DNA of 63,520 nucleotides, the filler included, from Saprolegnia diclina VS20 (taxonomy: Eukaryota): assembly GCF_000281045.1 (NCBI RefSeq). It is 5 parts of 4 records of this genome, joined end to end, with 100 filler letters (N's around TTAATTAATTAA, not from the genome) between each part and the next. Parts side by side here need not be neighbours in the genome. Positions count along the whole stretch, not along the records: positions 40,906 to 60,997 come from NW_008246131.1; 4 more parts are not named here. One strand, written 5' to 3'. Numbering within the stretch: position 1 is the first letter of the stretch; every line of letters starts with the position of its first letter. Under the pieces are notes generated by a model that was not told the DNA's origin, did not search any database, and saw only the letters and a list, made by a program, of their open reading frames with translations. Position numbers and translations under genes: made by a program. Shown here piece after piece: positions 46,772 to 58,354 of the stretch.

Positions 46772-47686
46772 CTAGAGCCGCCGTAGCGTCGCGCAGACGT
46801 GGTCGTTGCCGCTCCACAGCGCGAGGCACCGCCAGCAAAACTCGTGCCGGCACTTGGCGCACGTCATGTGGTTGCAGCCGGCGTTGCGCTCAATGTCGCG
46901 ACCGCACTGCGGGCAACTGCGAACATCGTGCGTTTTCTTCCACTGCGCGTACGCCTTGTCGACGCACGTGGGGCGGAGGTGGTACGGTCGATTGCACACG
47001 ACGCAGATGCTATGGCCCGCCGAGCACGTGACGCGCCGCTTCAAGAGCCAATGCGGCGTCGACAGTACCGTGCCGCCGCAGTGGCTATACGGACACGCTG
47101 GCCGCTCGGACGCGTCATGCAACATCTTTCGGAGCGTCGCGTAGAGCTCGACGCTGAGGTGCGTCCTGAGCACATGGTCCGGCAAGATGGCGTGGCATCC
47201 CGGACAGCAGAGGTGCTTTTCCGAGACTTGGCCGCTCTCGATGCGGAGTGTCAAGTACTGGCGCAAGCATGTTTTGCAGATCGCGAGCGAGCAGTCGGTG
47301 CACGAGGTCACGGCGCGGAGACGCGGCGGTTGATTTTCGTAGCAAATGTGACACGCAAAGAGCGGTGGCGACGAGCTTGACGCGTGCGTGTACCGGTAGA
47401 CGCGTGACCTTGATCGTTTGTACATCTTGTTTGCGTTGGCTAGGATGCTTATTGCAGCGGGCACAAGTATTCCAGCAGCAGCAAGCACCAGGAGGACGGC
47501 GACGCCGGTCCAGCCAAAGACCAGGTTCGCGCAGTACACCTTGACGAGGTACGCCACGAGCGCGTTGGCGGCGTCTCTCGAGCGGACGCAGAGAGAGATG
47601 ACGAGCGTCGTCAAAACAAGCACGGGGACGTAGTTGCTCGGGATAAGCTCGAGGACGGCGAGCGTTGCCGCGACTGCGCTGTCCAT
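46772..47686 (-). CDS. Membrane-anchored RBR (RING1-IBR-RING2, Ariadne/RNF144-like) E3 ubiquitin ligase
   Basis: Hydrophobic N-terminus; CHIC..C..C.LAICKTC..CPGC; CPYSHC..C..H..CVVC..H....C; RSCPQCGRDIERNAGCNHMTCAKCRHEFCWRC with catalytic Cys. Confidence 0.9.
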   Translation of the reverse strand: MDSAVAATLAVLELIPSNYVPVLVLTTLVISLCVRSRDAANALVAYLVKVYCANLVFGWTGVAVLLVLAAAGILVPAAISILANANKMYKRSRSRVYRYTHASSSSPPLFACHICYENQPPRLRAVTSCTDCSLAICKTCLRQYLTLRIESGQVSEKHLCCPGCHAILPDHVLRTHLSVELYATLRKMLHDASERPACPYSHCGGTVLSTPHWLLKRRVTCSAGHSICVVCNRPYHLRPTCVDKAYAQWKKTHDVRSCPQCGRDIERNAGCNHMTCAKCRHEFCWRCLALWSGNDHVCATLRRL

Positions 47687-47984
47687 CCTGCTTAGTTTTC
47701 GACAATGATGGCTCCCTTTGTCAATGTCCTTTCTTCGTTGTTTTGCTAATGTCTTAAAGTAGTGCTTATTTATCATTTCCGTCTCCTTACACACCACTTA
47801 GTATATACTAAAAGACGGTTGAGAGAAATATCACGTGAAGACCATCATTCTGGAATTAGATGGATTTGCGTGTCGCAGGACTACAATCCTATCTATTCTG
47901 TTAGAAAAGACAATTGGAAAGAATCTCACGTCGTGGATTGGTCGATCAAGAATTCAGCGTACTATATTGGCGAATTTGACCGAT

Positions 47985-48638
47985 TCAGGTATCCTTGGCA
48001 CTGCGAAGGCCGAGTCGCCGCGCCCACTTGCGCCAGCAGCGGTGCCGGGGCGTCCAGTCGTGGAGACAGTCGATGCAATAGTCGATCGTGCAGCGCTCGC
48101 AATGCAAATACTTGGTCGTCGCCGTCTCCAGCGGTGCGTGGCAGCGCGGACACGAGCGCTTCGAACGTGGCAGTGCCATGCACGAAGAAGCCGCCGAGCT
48201 GGTCGACGACTGGGCCTTCTTTCGCTGGAAAAAGTGCGACTTGGCTTTCCCAGGCTGTGGCTCCTCTTGCCTCAGTGTGCGTCGGTAGAGGGCGAAGATG
48301 TCGTCCGAGGTGTAGGCTTGGACCTCGGTGTGGTCGAGCGGCGTCAGACATCGGGGGTCTGGACACGTCAGCTGCGACGGCTGGACGAGCCCTTGCGACA
48401 CCTTGAGAGCGACGTAGAACTGCAGGCACTTGACGCAGCACGTCGAGCTACAAACGTGGCGCCAGGCGACCGATGTTGGCGCTTCTTGCTGGCAGACGAC
48501 GCAGGTCCCGAGTGTCGTCGCGACCACGACGCTTCGGCGCTTGGCAGATGCTCGCGGGAAGGGCGAGCTCGTTAGCGCGTACAGAGCTTGGACGGCGACT
48601 GCGACGGCAACCCATGCAAGGCTAGGCGCCGACCCCAT
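47985..48638 (-). CDS. Truncated RBR-type protein (hydrophobic N-terminus, RING1, IBR; no RING2)
   Basis: CVVC..HVC...CCVKC..LTCPDPRC; RSCPRC..CERC..YCIDC..W..RHRC; stops at LGLRSAKDT where RING2 would begin. Confidence 0.75.
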   Translation of the reverse strand: MGSAPSLAWVAVAVAVQALYALTSSPFPRASAKRRSVVVATTLGTCVVCQQEAPTSVAWRHVCSSTCCVKCLQFYVALKVSQGLVQPSQLTCPDPRCLTPLDHTEVQAYTSDDIFALYRRTLRQEEPQPGKAKSHFFQRKKAQSSTSSAASSCMALPRSKRSCPRCHAPLETATTKYLHCERCTIDYCIDCLHDWTPRHRCWRKWARRLGLRSAKDT

Positions 48639-48861
48639 GGTTTCTATATGACGGTTGACTGCGTCCACATCGAAGATCGCAATAGCGCCTTTCGATTGGT
48701 CAGCGATGACGGTTGGAGAAACTCCTTCATAATGCTCACGAGATGCCTTGGATCCAGAGATTGACACGGGTCGAAGGTGTGCAATTATCTAGTCGTAACG
48801 CTGTGCCATCTGCAAACCAAGATATGCTCCTGTGATTTCATTGGCCGTGGTTCATATCGCG

Positions 48862-49797
48862 ATGTCCTTCTCGGCCTGTGCCAGCGCCGACGTCCGCGCC
48901 GCCCTCGCCAAGGCCTGCGCCGACCTCACGCGCGACGAGCGGCTCGAGCCGCTGGACGTCTACCGGCGGCTCGCGCAGGAGGCCAAGGTCGTCTACGACA
49001 CGGAGAAGACCAAGCTGCGCATGACCGAGCACCCGCTGACAGCCGACGTCGCCTTGTCGCACCCGGCGCTCGTCGATTTTAGCGTCGAGGCGCTCGAGAC
49101 GCTCGTCGACGCCGAGCGCAACACGATGACCAAGGCGGTCGTCGTCTACGTGCCGCCGGCGGCGGCGGCGAAGAAGAAGCAAAAGACCAAGGAGCACCTC
49201 GAGGTGAGTTTTAGCTACGACCGCCGGTACGCTGGCGAGCCGTTTGGCACGACCCTCGCCTTCACGCTGAGCGTTGCCTTGGGCTACGGCAAGAAAATGA
49301 CGCTGCTGCACATCGTCTTGCGCTTCTCGGGCCACTACCCCGCCAGCTACTATCAGAAGAAGGACGACGACGAGATCGCTCCGCCCACGGACGATGACGA
49401 GAACGAGGATGCGACACCGCCATCCGACCAAGGCGAGGAAGGCGCCAGCCAAGGCGAGGAAGAGGCCGAGGAAGAAGCTGAAGATAACGATGGCGACGAT
49501 GACCAAGAGGACGACGAGGAGAACGCGGACGGTGGCGATGACGACGAAGACGGCGAAACGCAGGAGCTGCATGTGCTCGGCCCCGACGAGAAGGACTGGG
49601 AGTACGTCGAGGAGTTTGAGTTCCATGAGGACGTCTTCGAGACGTTCCACACGTGGTTTGGCGGCGACCTCTCGCACCAGGACTTCCTCACGTTCATGCT
49701 CGCGTTCCCGTTCACCGAGGACGAGTACATGGTCGACGACCGCGTCTTTGACCTCGTCTTCAACGGCGAGGACTCTGACGCCGAGAGCGATGCATAA
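48862..49797 (+). CDS. Hypothetical protein with a long D/E-rich acidic insert
   Basis: Single-exon ORF with strong GC3 bias; acidic tract at about 49360-49560; no recognised family. Confidence 0.8.
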   Translation: MSFSACASADVRAALAKACADLTRDERLEPLDVYRRLAQEAKVVYDTEKTKLRMTEHPLTADVALSHPALVDFSVEALETLVDAERNTMTKAVVVYVPPAAAAKKKQKTKEHLEVSFSYDRRYAGEPFGTTLAFTLSVALGYGKKMTLLHIVLRFSGHYPASYYQKKDDDEIAPPTDDDENEDATPPSDQGEEGASQGEEEAEEEAEDNDGDDDQEDDEENADGGDDDEDGETQELHVLGPDEKDWEYVEEFEFHEDVFETFHTWFGGDLSHQDFLTFMLAFPFTEDEYMVDDRVFDLVFNGEDSDAESDA

Positions 49798-49836
49798 GAG
49801 AATACTGTGTTAAATAGAGGTTGTTAGATACAAAAA

Positions 49837-52800
49837 CTAGGCTGTCGTGATGTGTACACCAATGATCTGCGACAGCTTGTCTTGGTGCGGCTTGGGCAGC
49901 TTGTAGACCGAGTCGAGCATCGACGGCCCGAGCGCCTTGTAGAGCGATCGCAGCAGCTGGTGGTTGGCGTCGCGCACGTCCGTCTTGCTCTCTTTGATCA
50001 AGTCGAGCGCCAGCGGCAGCACGTGCCTGTAACTGCTCTAGCTTTGAGAACGTAAGAGTAGAGTGTACCTGTGGATGGCCGACTGGGTCGTTGTAAGCGC
50101 TGCGTCCTGCGTGAGGCGGTCGAGCTTGAGGAGCATGCCGGGCTTGACGCGAGCGTTGCCGACCTTGGTGACCGACACAAAGTGCTGCACGAGCAGCTTG
50201 GCTTCGACGTGCGCGCACAAAAGATCCAACGCGCCGTCGGCCAACTGGGCAACCTACGGATGCCGTGAATGTTGAACGTCAATCTCAAAATTAATTTTCG
50301 ACTTTTTGATTGTTGGCGGCGAGGCTGCGTGTCAAGATGGGCACGAGGTTGGCGAGGACGGCGTCGAGGCCGTTGCCGAGCGCAGGAATGATCGCCTGCA
50401 GCGTCTCGAGGGCGAACACGTTGACCTACTCATTATGACAACTCTCTCCCCAATCAGACCGACAACCTTGGCGTTGCCGTCGTCGAGGCGCTTGTTGAGC
50501 CCGTCAAACACCTGCAGCACTTTGCCGCTTTGGCACAAGCCTGGCGCGTGCTTGAGGACGAGCGCCTGCACCTCTTCGAGGGCTTCGAAACGCTCCTTCC
50601 AGTTGCTGCTCTCGAGCTGTTTGTTGAGCGTCGGGATCTTGTCAAAGTCGGCGACCACCATCGGTTTGTACTTGGTCGCGTCCTTCTCACTGCGCGTGCG
50701 CGCGAGTGGCTTGGCGACTTGGTCTTTGGGGGCGGGCGCGTTCGAGAGCACTTGCTCGACGCGGGTGACGCAGGATGCCGGGCACAGCTTCCGGAGCCGC
50801 GCGGCGTCGAGCGCGCCGAGGTGCCGCAGGTCGAGCAGCGTTGGCTTGGCGACATCGCGGACTTCGTTGTTCGAGTCGTTGACGAGACTGCAGACGGACA
50901 TGATGACGCGGTCGACGTCACGCGCCACGTCGAGGCGTCCATCCGAGAGGAGCTTTCCGAGCATGATAGCCACCTGCACAAACTGAAAATCTATCAATCT
51001 ATCAAGTCGATACCTGTTTGCGAATGATGTGATTCTTGGACGCAACGTGGGGAAGGACAGCGCTGAGAACGCGCGGCGCTGAGCACCCGCGGACGACCGC
51101 ATCGAGCGTCTGCGCACCCGACTCGGAGAGGAAGACGTTCGTGTCGGCCGCGCGCTTGAGCAGCAGCGGCACGACGTCGTCCAGGTCCGTGTCCATGCGC
51201 TTCCCGAGGTACAGGCAGAGCGTCTCCACCGCCAGCATCCCGTTCTTGGCGACGGCCGATCGGAGGTTGCCAATGTGCGTGCACACGAGCTTGAGGAGGC
51301 TCGGAAAGCCCGCGTTGCCAACGACCTCCGGTACGTGCACGCAGAGCCGGCGGAGGTCCGTGAGTCCTTCAAACTGGTTTTCCCACTCGGCGCTCTGGAG
51401 ACGACCGAGGCACGGCGCCATGTCGCTCTTCATCAGCGGATACGCGTCGAGCTCGGACGTGGCGACGTACTCTTGCTTGCCGGCCCGAAGCGCCAATTTG
51501 AGGTCGTCGCCCGTCTTGAGCTTGGCGTTGCGTGCCGAGACGGGCGCGGCGACCAGCGCTGCCTCGTCCTGCTTTTGCTTGGCTTCGAGTCGCTTACGTG
51601 TGGCGAGCGTCATGACCTTGGGCTTTGCCGGGGCTTCGGTGGGTGTCTCGGGCTCGGGCTCGACCACGGTCGCAGGTGGTGGTAGGGCTTCTTTGGCCTG
51701 GACGCGCTTGGCCGTGGCAAGCGAAATCGGCTTACTCGCGCGAACCGGCGGCGCCGCGTCAACAACGGCGTCGTCGCTCTCGTACACGTTGACGCGCATC
51801 GGTTTGATCGGACGGTCTTCGTCGTACGGTCGCGTTGCACACAGAAAGCGGTCCTCGGTGGGCGAGTGGGCCACGGGCGTTCCTGCCTTTTGGTTGCGCT
51901 CGGGCGGCCGGAGACCGTCCGGAGGCGTCGTTCCCCGCTTCTTGTTGAGGCAGCGCTGCTTGAGCACCGTGAGGCTCTTGGCAATGTGCTCGGCCGACTG
52001 CTGCGGGCTCACCTCGGCCTTGGGCTGACGTGGCGGCACCGTCGGCGGCGGCGCCTTGGGCGTTTTGGCCTCCGGTAGCCATAGCTTGGTCTTGTCTTCG
52101 CCATCGCCACGCCCGAGCAAGCGCGGCCCTGACGCCTCGAGAAACGGCACGTCGCGCTGCACAAGACGGCGTTGGAGCTGGCCCGTGTCGAGGCCGTCGG
52201 CTTGGGCGTCCGCGTTGGCCATAAGCAGCTGCACGATTGGGACGGCGCACACGTGGGCGAGGACAGCTGCTAGGTCGAGTGCGGCCGTGCGCACGACTGG
52301 GCTCGGGTCGCAGAGGGCGCGGCCGAGGTGTAGGACGGTACAGGCCGCCGACGGCTGCCCGTCGCGCGGCTGGCGCAAGGTCGCGATGGTCCAGAGATGT
52401 AAAGCGGCTTCGCGCACCTTACAGCTGCCGTGCTGCAGCGCTGGCACAAGCGTCTTGAGGAGTGCACCGACGGGGCACGCACCCAACACAATGTGCACGA
52501 GCTCGCGTCGAGCCCCGGGGTCCGCTGTGTCGGCGAGGACTGTCGCCAGCATCGGCGCGAGTACCGAGACGACCTCGGCGAGGTACGTGCCCATGGAGCG
52601 GCAGAGCCCCTCAAGGAGCGTGAGTGCTCGGTCTCGCGCCGGCGATCGCTGCGCGCAGAGGTGCGCAAGGAAGCCAAAGAGGTGCAGCCACTCGCTCCGC
52701 GCACTCGAGAGCTCTCCGGATGAGAGCGGCGAGAGGGTGCGGCCCAAGAGATCCATGGCAGTCGGCGGTGCTTCGCTCGGACTTCGCAGCGCCTCGACGA

Positions 52801-53584
52801 TCCACTTGGGCACGAGCCCAAATTGCAGCTGGTCGTCCGACGCGACGCCAATCGTCGGGCTGTTGGACGAACCGATAAACTGCTGGATGTAGTCGGCGTG
52901 CTGGGCCAAGATGGCGCGGTCGCGGCTGCTCAGCGTCTGCAGGAGCTTTTGGAACTGCTTCTGGCCGACGTGCGCTTGAAGCCACGCGACTGCGTCTTCG
53001 GCCGCGACGACGCAGCGCTCTTCGTCGTCCTCCATCGCAGGGATGAGCACCTCGAGCACCATGGCCCAGCTCACGTCGCCCGGCAGCGTCGTCGTCGCGT
53101 TGCGCTGCAGGAGCGTCTTGAGCGCCCCGACCGCACCTTCACGGACCGCGCCGTCTTCGTGGTTTAAGCCCTGGTTCATGAGGAGGTCCATGACGCTCTG
53201 CAGACTCGAGGTATGCTGCGCGTACACCCAGAGCACGTGCAGCGCCGAGTGCGGGAACGCCGCCTCGTCGTCCCACTCGGGGTCCAGCGGCAGCATCGGC
53301 AGCATCTGCGGCAGCACGATCTGGTACAAATGCACAAGGTTCTCGGCGCCAATGACCGGCACGAGGTCGCACACAAACTGGAGCGCCTCGGCCACGATGC
53401 GCGGCTCGGCGTCATGGAGGCGGCGCCGGACGCAGTTGAGGAACCGCCGCGCGTTGCGCACCGGGAACGGCGCCGGCCGCAGCTGCAAGGTCGCCGCCAG
53501 CTCGCGCAGCCGGCGAATCGCTTCGAGCTTGACGCTCGGCTCGTCGTCCTCCATCTGGTACACGAGCGTATCCACCGAGTCCAT
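49837..53584 (-). CDS. TOGARAM1: TOG-array ciliary microtubule regulator (Crescerin/FAM179/TOGARAM-like), multi-exon
   Basis: Multiple TOG/HEAT units; LQSAEWENQFEGLTDLRRL..H..NLRSAVAKNG..LLKRAADTNVFL; LESSNWKERFEAL..RLDDGNAKV. Confidence 0.85.
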
Positions 53585-53695
53585 GTGGGCGGATCCGCGC
53601 CTCCTCGAAAGTGACCAAAATTAGACTGCGCTGTATTTAGCCTCGCGCCTATTTCAGTCGGCCGCCACCGTAGCGATGCGCCCGCCGAGGGGGCT

Positions 53696-53762
53696 ACGTC
53701 CAGCGGGCAGAGGCTAGCGTCCAGCGGGCAGAGGCCAGCGGCAGCAGAGGCCAGCAGCAGAG
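53696..53762 (+). repeat. Short degenerate tandem repeat (21-bp unit CGTCCAGCGGGCAGAGGCYAG, 2 copies plus decayed copies)
   Basis: Directly visible in the divergent intergenic region. Confidence 0.7.
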
Positions 53763-53868
53763 TCTGCCGTGCCAAGCTACTCGTGTGTCGCCACGGCAAC
53801 GGGCGCATCCGGATAAGCGTGCGGAACGGAAGCAAGCAGTGTGGGAAGATCGAGCACGTGCTGAACCC

Positions 53869-55345
53869 ATGGCACTTCTGTGGACGATGGCGCTGGTCGC
53901 GGCCGCGGCCGCCCGCCCAGTGTACGAGATCCCAGCCTTTGACGTCGCGACGCTGGTCGCGCACAAGGCGCCGCTGGTGGCGGCCCTCGAGGAGCACGGC
54001 CTTGTGGCGTTCAAGGGCCTCGACGGCTTTGCGGCGACGCGGACGACGTACCTGCGCGAGGCCTTTCGCTGCATGCAGGTGCACCCCGATATGGACTTTC
54101 TCCAGCACAAGACGCTCTCGGACGGTACGACGCGCGACACGATCAGCACCAACGCCAAGGACGAGCTGCCGATGGCGAGCCTCTGCCCCGCATACGCCGC
54201 TGCCCACCACGCATACATGGGCTTGATGCAGTCGGCGACTGAGGCACTGGGCATCGCACTGGACGTGCCGTCGAGCGAGCATGCGTCGGTGGCCACGTCG
54301 ATGCGAGCGATCGCCGAATCGGGCAAGCACCTCGATCATGTGCACAAGTACCTCGCTCCGGCCTCGCCGTCCAGCCCAGGTTCGCGTCGCGCTCTGTCTT
54401 TGCGTTTCCAACAGTATGTGCGTAGAGACGCTGTCGCTGGAGCTGCACACGGACAATGGTCTCGGGCTCCTCACGTCGGTCCCGCTCTTCTTTGATCGCG
54501 ACGGCAACCAAGTACAAGCCGAGACCACGGGCCTCGAGGTCGAGCTCACGCTGGACGGCGTCGTCCAGCGCGTGGCCCCGCGCCTCAAGGCGGATGAGTT
54601 GGTGCTCATGATTGGTGAAGGCTTCAATCGATGGGGCAACTTTGGCCACCGTTTCCCGCCGGTCGTGCACGGGATGAAGATGCCAGTCTCGATGGACGCG
54701 TCGGTCGCGCGCGTCTTCTCGGGGCGTATGTTGCTCATGCGCGCTGACGACCGCCTCGTCCACGCTGGCCTCTCGTTCGACGAGTACGCGGCGGCCACGA
54801 CACGCCACCTCCTCGAACCAAGCGCCAACTTTGCGTCGCTCGCGTGTCCGACTGGCCGCAGCCTCCTCGCCTCGGACCTGAGCTGCACGCTCGGCCTTTG
54901 GGTACGACTGACACGCCGCCTTCTATAATTCTAAGGGCACTTGCATTAGGTCCCGTCGAACGCCAGTGATCCAAGCACCACCAAGGCGCAGTGCATGCGC
55001 CACTGCAACAGTCCCAACATGCGGAATGAGGTCGAGCAGTGCGCGCATCTCAAGTGCGTCAAGACGGGTGACGTGCCCCACGGCGGCACCGTGTGCTGGA
55101 TGCTGTGCGTCGAACATCTGCCCGACTGCGCAGCTGACGCCCAGACGTGCTTGCCCGACCAAACGCTTGTGTGCCCGGCCGCCATGGCCGCAGCTCCGAC
55201 GCAACGCCTCTGGATGTTGGGGCTCCTCGGCGCGCTCGGCGTGCTCGTTCTCGCGCTGGTCGTGCGCCACTGGCGCCACCGCCGCCGGCATGCGCAGCGC
55301 CGCAGCTCGCTGGCGCCCACGGAGGCGAGCTCGCTCTTGGCCTAG
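53869..55345 (+). CDS. Secreted/type I membrane protein with 2OG-Fe(II) dioxygenase-like core and Cys-rich juxtamembrane domain (3 exons)
   Basis: Signal peptide; ALEEHGLVAF; LELHTDNG..GLEV..LVLMIGEGFNRW..PVVHG..AR (HxD...H...R); Cys-rich exon; TM LWMLGLLGALGVLVLALVV followed by a basic tail. Confidence 0.75.
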
Positions 55346-55768
55346 CCGGACGTTCGGGTTCGCTCGTTCGAACGTCGTCGTGTGGGTGGCAATTGCCGTA
55401 ACCAAGTTGCTTTTTGCTTTTTTCTTGCGTTCGATTGGCGGAAGGGCAGACATGCGGACTTGGCTTGGCGAACGCGGTATGTTGAGGGCCCACTGAGTGC
55501 CACTTGGAGCGGCCAGAACTGACTGCCAGAACTGATTGCCCTCTCCTCAAGAGTACGCGCTGGAGTTGCCAGAGCTACAGGTCAAAGGTACTCGTTGATC
55601 TCGCTCGCGGTCGGGTACAGATGTGCAGAACGCGCGCGGGTCTCGGCCGGTTCGTCCAGCGTGTTCGGCGCACCTTCTCCGCTCCGCAGGTCGCTGGCCA
55701 TATCACGTGTCATTGACGCAGCGTTCGAAGCGAAGTAATGCGCTGCAAGTTGTTCTTCACTTGCACAG

Positions 55769-56239
55769 ATGCGCATTGCAGCACGGACGCTCGGCCTCGC
55801 CGTCGTCGCGGTCGTCGTCGCCGCACCTGTCGTCGCTGGTTCGCTCCTCGTGGACATTGCCGCCACCGTCACTGGCCTCGCCGCGCTCCTCTGGCTTCGG
55901 GCTCTGCAAACTACGGTTGCCCATGACCGAAACATCACGCTACTGCGCCCGGCGTCGTCCGCACACTTGGCACCGCTCCGCAAGCACTCTCAAGGCGAGA
56001 GCCCGCGAAGCAGCTGCCCTTCATCGTCCATGCTCGTCAAGACGCCGTCGTCCACAAGCCGCGCCTGTCCCCGCTGCCACGCCCTGCTGCCGGCGTCCGA
56101 CCACGTGTGGTGGTCCAAGCGGCGGCTGCGCTGCACGACCTGCAAAGCGGCGTGGTGTCTCGCGTGCGCGGGGACTTATCATTTTTTCCCGCGCTGCCAT
56201 CGACGCTCGGCCAGTGTCTTTGCCAAGCCAAGCGTCTAG
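55769..56239 (+). CDS. TM + IBR-only protein (RBR family fragment); possible additional 5' exons
   Basis: Hydrophobic N-terminus; RACPRC..WWSKRRLRCTTCKAAWCLACAGTYHFFPRC. Confidence 0.7.
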   Translation: MRIAARTLGLAVVAVVVAAPVVAGSLLVDIAATVTGLAALLWLRALQTTVAHDRNITLLRPASSAHLAPLRKHSQGESPRSSCPSSSMLVKTPSSTSRACPRCHALLPASDHVWWSKRRLRCTTCKAAWCLACAGTYHFFPRCHRRSASVFAKPSV

Positions 56240-56308
56240 TTCCTTTGTGTAATCTATTAGTATGATAGTAGTTGTTTCAGTCGATCTATTCTTGCCTCGG
56301 CCTCCGAG

Positions 56309-56971
56309 ATGGGCCAGCTCGTGTCCAAGGCGCCCCAGTACCGCTCCGAGAGCGACCGCTTGGAGCTCCAGGGACGCTACGTCGTGCACACGGCTCTTGC
56401 CTACTATGGGACCTTCTACTGGATCTGCCCGGCGTTCGAGATGATCGCTGGCGACGCGGTGCCCCTTGGCATGCTCTGCCGCGTCTTCAACTTGGCCTTC
56501 CACGCCGCCTACGTCGGCCTCCTCCTCCCGTACCTCATTGGTATCCTCTTGGACGCGGAGGGGTACTTTTACCATCTGCCGTCGAGCCTCGCCTCGTGGA
56601 CCTTCCGCACCTGCATCACAGGACCGGTGCTCTGGGCGCTGCCGTGGGCCGTGCTCTGGCCATTCATGCTTCTCATCGCCATCGTCACCAAGCACTTTGA
56701 GGAAGCCAAAACCAATGCGCGGTCGGTAGCAGAGACTGTTGATGCTCTCGAAGCGACGACAGAGACAACAGAGAAGGCAGAGACGCCCGTGCCTGCGTTG
56801 ACACCCATGGTAGCCGTCGAGGCGCCCAAGGCGCCAGCGAAGACCCCGACCAAGTCGTTGGGAAAGCTCATGCTCTCTTGGCTCACGCCGTCCAAGCGGT
56901 CGCCGCGAAAGCGCTTTGGGAAACCGAGCTCGAAAGAACATACAACGCGCGAGTCGGCCGATACCAACTGA
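56309..56971 (+). CDS. MGQxxS-initiated multi-TM protein, homologous to the membrane domain of the RBR ligase at 60053
   Basis: MGQLVSK; YVVHTALAYYGTF; YVGLLLPY; ALPW; P/K-rich tail with SLGKLMLSWLTPSKRS. Confidence 0.8.
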   Translation: MGQLVSKAPQYRSESDRLELQGRYVVHTALAYYGTFYWICPAFEMIAGDAVPLGMLCRVFNLAFHAAYVGLLLPYLIGILLDAEGYFYHLPSSLASWTFRTCITGPVLWALPWAVLWPFMLLIAIVTKHFEEAKTNARSVAETVDALEATTETTEKAETPVPALTPMVAVEAPKAPAKTPTKSLGKLMLSWLTPSKRSPRKRFGKPSSKEHTTRESADTN

Positions 56972-57168
56972 GGGCACTTGATACGTAGTTGATAAGGTGT
57001 CGCCGACAATGATTTCTGAGCGAACTGGGCCAATAGAGCCTGGGTCTCTGGCATGCTGTGTTCGTATCAACTACGTGTCAAGTACGTACCGTCATTTGCA
57101 CGTCGTGTGTTCTTTCGAGCTGCATTAGTACACTTCAATTCACTTCGTTCTCGATACCTCATTGCGTC

Positions 57169-57571
57169 ATGGGCCAAGCCGAGTCCACAACCCAGTACCT
57201 CCCGTCAGGCGAATCGATCGCACTGTGAATCCTCTACATCGCGTACACGGCGATGGCGTATTTCATTTCCTTCTCGTGCATCTACCCCATCCTCGAGGCG
57301 GTTGCGGACAACGTGTCCTTGCATCTGGCTTCTCTTGATGGCCTCGCGTGTTCTGCACGTCGGTGCCATCATTGTGTGCATCGCCAGCGCTCTCGCCTAC
57401 AGGGAGTCTTCATCCTCTTCACAACCCCCGAACATTGTCGACAAATTGGGCATCCTGATGCTCTACATGCTCATCTTTGGGTACGCGCTTGTGCTGCCAT
57501 GGTTGCCCATTTTCATTCTATTTGCGCCGCTTGCCATTACTCTATATATCGCGTGCAAGGGAGCCAAGTAA
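57169..57571 (+). pseudogene. Disrupted paralog of the MGQxxS multi-TM family
   Basis: MGQAEST...IAL-TGA(57226-57228)-ILYIAYTAMAYFISF, then a frameshift, then ...ALVLPWLPIF. Confidence 0.7.
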
Positions 57572-57779
57572 ATGTAAGACCAAGGAGCGACGACCGAGGC
57601 GACGGCAGCTGTCGAGCATACGCCACCGCCGGTGGTGCGGTGGCCAACACGCCTCTCTGGCCAGAGGAGCGGCCAGTGCCTGATCGCCAACAATGCAGTA
57701 AAATCTAGTCACGTTCCAGATGTCGTCCACGGCGCGACAATTACACAGTTGGTGATCGGGACCTCCAGACCCTGCTACA

Positions 57780-57995
57780 CATCACGCTGTACTGCGTCCG
57801 CACATGTGACACCGCTCCGGAAACACGCTCAAACGGAGGGACGACAAAGCAGCAGCCATCCATCAAGGGTCGCCAGGACGCCGACGTCGACATATATTAG
57901 CCGACCCTATCCGAGCTGCCACACGCTGCTACCAGTGTCGACGCCCGGTCATGTGCGGTGGGTGGTCCAAGCGGCGGCTGCGCTGTGCAAAGCGG
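57780..57995 (+). pseudogene. Decayed duplicate of the IBR-only gene at 55769
   Basis: SAHVTPLRKHAQ..RPYPSCHTLLP vs SAHLAPLRKHSQ..RACPRCHALLP; identical 25-mer at 56109-56133 and 57961-57985; Cys loss and frameshift. Confidence 0.75.
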
Positions 57996-58354
57996 TAATC
58001 TGGAATGGGGAATTCCCTACGGATAATATAGTTTCTTATCCGTTCAAACGAGCATTGCACGGGGTTGTTGGCAGGTTGCTGGTCAAAATACGGTAAAAAT
58101 CAAGTTGAGCGCAAAAGTCGCATCGAATTTATTTGCCTTGAGGAAGCTGCAGAGGATATGATTCCCGCTGGAGCCTCCAGATGGAGTTGCCAAGATCAAT
58201 GACGTGCCATGCCCTGGCGACAAAACTGAAAAGTCTCCTGTTCTAGGTCTTGGCTACTGATAGAAAACGTATCAAACAACTGGCCAACATATCCTCTTCC
58301 AACCGCTGAATTGCATTTGTCAAATCCAAACGCAAACCTCGAATTCATTTTGCA

